The notes under the pieces: model-generated
Database searches by the model: none
What the model was told of the DNA's origin: nothing
What the model saw: the letters and a program-made list of their open reading frames with translations, nothing else
Translations under genes and position numbers: made by a program
Shown: piece by piece, positions 5,127 through 6,209 of the stretch
How the letters are laid out: each line of letters starts with the position of its first letter
Position numbering within the stretch: the stretch's first letter is position 1
Origin: an uncultured Gammaproteobacteria bacterium
GTDB lineage: Bacteria > Patescibacteriota > Microgenomatia > Daviesbacterales > UBA10151
DNA: 6,209 nt
Assembly (NCBI GenBank): GCA_964522265.1
Contig: CAZFVS010000028.1
Location: 1-6,209, forward strand
Direction: 5' to 3'

Positions 5127-5483
5127 ATGAACAAGCTCGCTTTAAATATAGATGGCAAAAATATCCCCAATCTGCCTGAATTTGGCACGAATAGTGAGCT
5201 CAAAGAACTTACTTTAGGGGGAATAGCCAGCGTTGCATTAAACCTGATTTTTTATATTGCCGGGCTGCTGCTTGCTATCTGGCTGGTCTGGGGCGTGATG
5301 CAGTATATCTTTGCCGGAGGCAATAAAGAAGCATTGGCGAAAGCCCGCTCCAGGATCACTTATGCACTGGTTGGTTTTATTATAGTTGTCATGTCTTTTA
5401 CAATTAGCCAATATATTAAAGCCGCACTTACATTTAATCCAACTCGATTACTACCGCCAATCACAAATATATCCACGCCATGA
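5127..5483 (+). CDS. Small two-TM hairpin protein, VirB2/TrbC-like (CPR T4SS-pilin type) paralogue 1 (118 aa).
   Basis: The gene starts 6 nt after the preceding stop. TM1 is ASVALNLIFYIAGLLLAIWLVWGVMQYIF, the loop is AGGNKEALAKARSRIT (5313-5360), and TM2 is YALVGFIIVVMSFTISQYI. The stop TGA overlaps the next ATG (ATGA at 5480-5483). Confidence 0.8.
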   Translation: MNKLALNIDGKNIPNLPEFGTNSELKELTLGGIASVALNLIFYIAGLLLAIWLVWGVMQYIFAGGNKEALAKARSRITYALVGFIIVVMSFTISQYIKAALTFNPTRLLPPITNISTP

Positions 5484-5791
5484 TAAGCAAAGCCTATGCT
5501 GTTGAATTAAACAAAGAGTATGGTTTCGGATGGGTAAGCAGTGCCGGTTATTTTCTTGGACTATATTTAGTCCCTATTGTTTTTGAAATTGCCGGGATAG
5601 CCGTACTTTTTTATACAGTTTTTGCGGCGATAAAATATATGACATCAGGAGGCGATAAAGAAGCAGTGGCATCAGCCCGCGCTATGATTACCCATTCAAT
5701 AATAGGCTTTCTTTTACTGATATTTGTCTTTCTGTTTCTGCAATATATATTCCCGGCAATCGGGCTGGAAGGGTTTGCTATAATCAGATAA
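5480..5791 (+). CDS. Small two-TM hairpin protein, VirB2/TrbC-like pilin-type paralogue 2 (103 aa).
   Basis: There is a 4-nt ATGA overlap with paralogue 1. TM1 is YFLGLYLVPIVFEIAGIAVLFYTVFAAIKYM, the loop is SGGDKEAVASARAMIT (5645-5692), and TM2 is HSIIGFLLLIFVFLFLQYIF. Confidence 0.8.
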   Translation: MISKAYAVELNKEYGFGWVSSAGYFLGLYLVPIVFEIAGIAVLFYTVFAAIKYMTSGGDKEAVASARAMITHSIIGFLLLIFVFLFLQYIFPAIGLEGFAIIR

Positions 5792-5793
5792 AT

Positions 5794-6114
5794 ATGAAAC
5801 TTTTAGCCCTTTCGTTTGACGAGGTTATAGGAAAAATCACTCCTCCTGTCCCCATCCGTAATATCGGAGAGGGCGGGGCAGGCATAAACAAGTTCCTTTC
5901 TAATATTTTAAACATCATCTATGTTTTCGGGTCAATTATTTTCCTTTTTATGATAGTGGTCAGTGCTGTCCAATGGATTATCTCAGGCGGTGATAAAGAA
6001 GCGGTCCAAAAAGCCCGTTCAAGAATCACCAGTGCCATCATCGGGCTTATTCTTTTGGCCCTAGCCAGGTTTATAGCAACACTGGTTGGTTCAATCACGG
6101 GTTTTAATATTTGA
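5794..6114 (+). CDS. Small two-TM hairpin protein, VirB2/TrbC-like pilin-type paralogue 3 (106 aa).
   Basis: The gene starts 2 nt after the preceding stop. TM1 is FLSNILNIIYVFGSIIFLFMIVVSAVQWII, the loop is SGGDKEAVQKARSRIT (5983-6030), and TM2 is SAIIGLILLALARFIATLVG. Confidence 0.8.
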   Translation: MKLLALSFDEVIGKITPPVPIRNIGEGGAGINKFLSNILNIIYVFGSIIFLFMIVVSAVQWIISGGDKEAVQKARSRITSAIIGLILLALARFIATLVGSITGFNI

Positions 6115-6117
6115 TAC

Positions 6118-6147
6118 TTGACAAGCTTTTTGTAATCTGCATATGAT
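6118..6147 (+). promoter_or_regulatory. Candidate sigma70-type promoter immediately downstream of the pilin-like array.
   Basis: TTGACA (6118-6123, a perfect -35) is followed by an 18-nt spacer and then TATGAT (6142-6147, 5/6 match to the -10 consensus). The predicted start point, around 6153-6155, coincides with the ATG ATG at 6152-6157. Confidence 0.45.
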
Positions 6148-6151
6148 AATA

Positions 6152-6209
6152 ATGATGCGGTCCAAAATTATTAGTGCATTAACTATCGGAATTGCTGTTT
6201 TACTGAATC
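6152..6209 (+). CDS. 5' end of an ORF with a hydrophobic N-terminus (signal peptide or TM helix). It is truncated at the right edge and its function is unknown.
   Basis: My hand translation gives atg atg cgg tcc aaa att att agt gca tta act atc gga att gct gtt tta ctg aat = MMRSKIISALTIGIAVLLN, open to the window edge. In-frame ATGs also occur at 6143 and 6155. Only 19 codons are visible, so the coding call is tentative. Confidence 0.35.
   Translation, partial: MMRSKIISALTIGIAVLLN

Noticed and set aside
4621-5203. A plus-strand ORF at 4621-4848 and a minus-strand ORF at 4841-5203.
   Set aside because: Both overlap the 404-aa pilin-fusion gene, and the second also overlaps paralogue 1. The in-frame conservation of the hairpin motif across four genes identifies the true frame.
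5127-6114. Interpretation of the three small two-TM proteins as phage holins or a lysis cassette.
   Set aside because: There is no endolysin, spanin or other phage gene nearby. Three paralogues plus a fourth copy fused to a secreted domain do not fit a holin, and the S-G-G-D-K-E-A / A-R-x-x-I-T loop matches my recollection of VirB2-like CPR pilins. An HMM search is still needed.
5478-6120. Possible UGA recoding (genetic code 25, as in some CPR lineages), because two genes end in TGA.
   Set aside because: The TGA at 5481-5483 is followed immediately by an in-frame TAA. Read-through of the TGA at 6112-6114 would add only 6 codons. All other genes end in TAA and have sensible lengths. The standard bacterial code explains everything here.
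1-6209. CRISPR arrays, tRNA or rRNA genes, and transposase or integrase genes.
   Set aside because: There are no regularly spaced repeats, no cloverleaf-like GC-rich ~75-nt segments, and no ORF with recombinase-like motifs. The only repeats seen are the 22-bp pair and the 9-bp pair reported above.

Overview
This is an A+T-rich, gene-dense window dominated by envelope and membrane proteins. The gene content and style suggest a small-genome, CPR/Patescibacteria-like bacterium, but that is inference only. On the minus strand, a GT87/DUF2029-like polytopic membrane protein (529-1641) is followed 9 nt later by the 5' part of a secreted coiled-coil, PcsB/EnvC-like protein (519 to 1, truncated at the window edge and absent from the ORF track). 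On the plus strand, only 35 bp away and divergent, lies a 493-aa GT-C-like membrane glycosyltransferase (1677-3158). Next comes a compact DUF433 / DUF5615 (PIN-like) toxin-antitoxin-type pair (3200-3797), bracketed by an imperfect 22-bp direct repeat. The most interesting part follows: a tightly packed four-gene array (3906-6114). All four products end in the same two-helix membrane hairpin with a conserved loop motif (S-[GA]-G-[DN]-[KP]-E-[AS], then AR-x-x-I-T in the three small proteins), which I recognise as the VirB2/TrbC-like 'T4SS pilin' type common in CPR genomes. The first member carries a signal peptide, a ~280-aa Cys-containing extracellular region and a Pro/Gly linker in front of the hairpin. 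A further ORF with a hydrophobic N-terminus starts at about 6152 and runs off the right edge. I found no rRNA, tRNA, CRISPR array, transposase or clear intrinsic terminator. Shine-Dalgarno motifs are nearly absent, so start codon choices are less certain than the reading frames.
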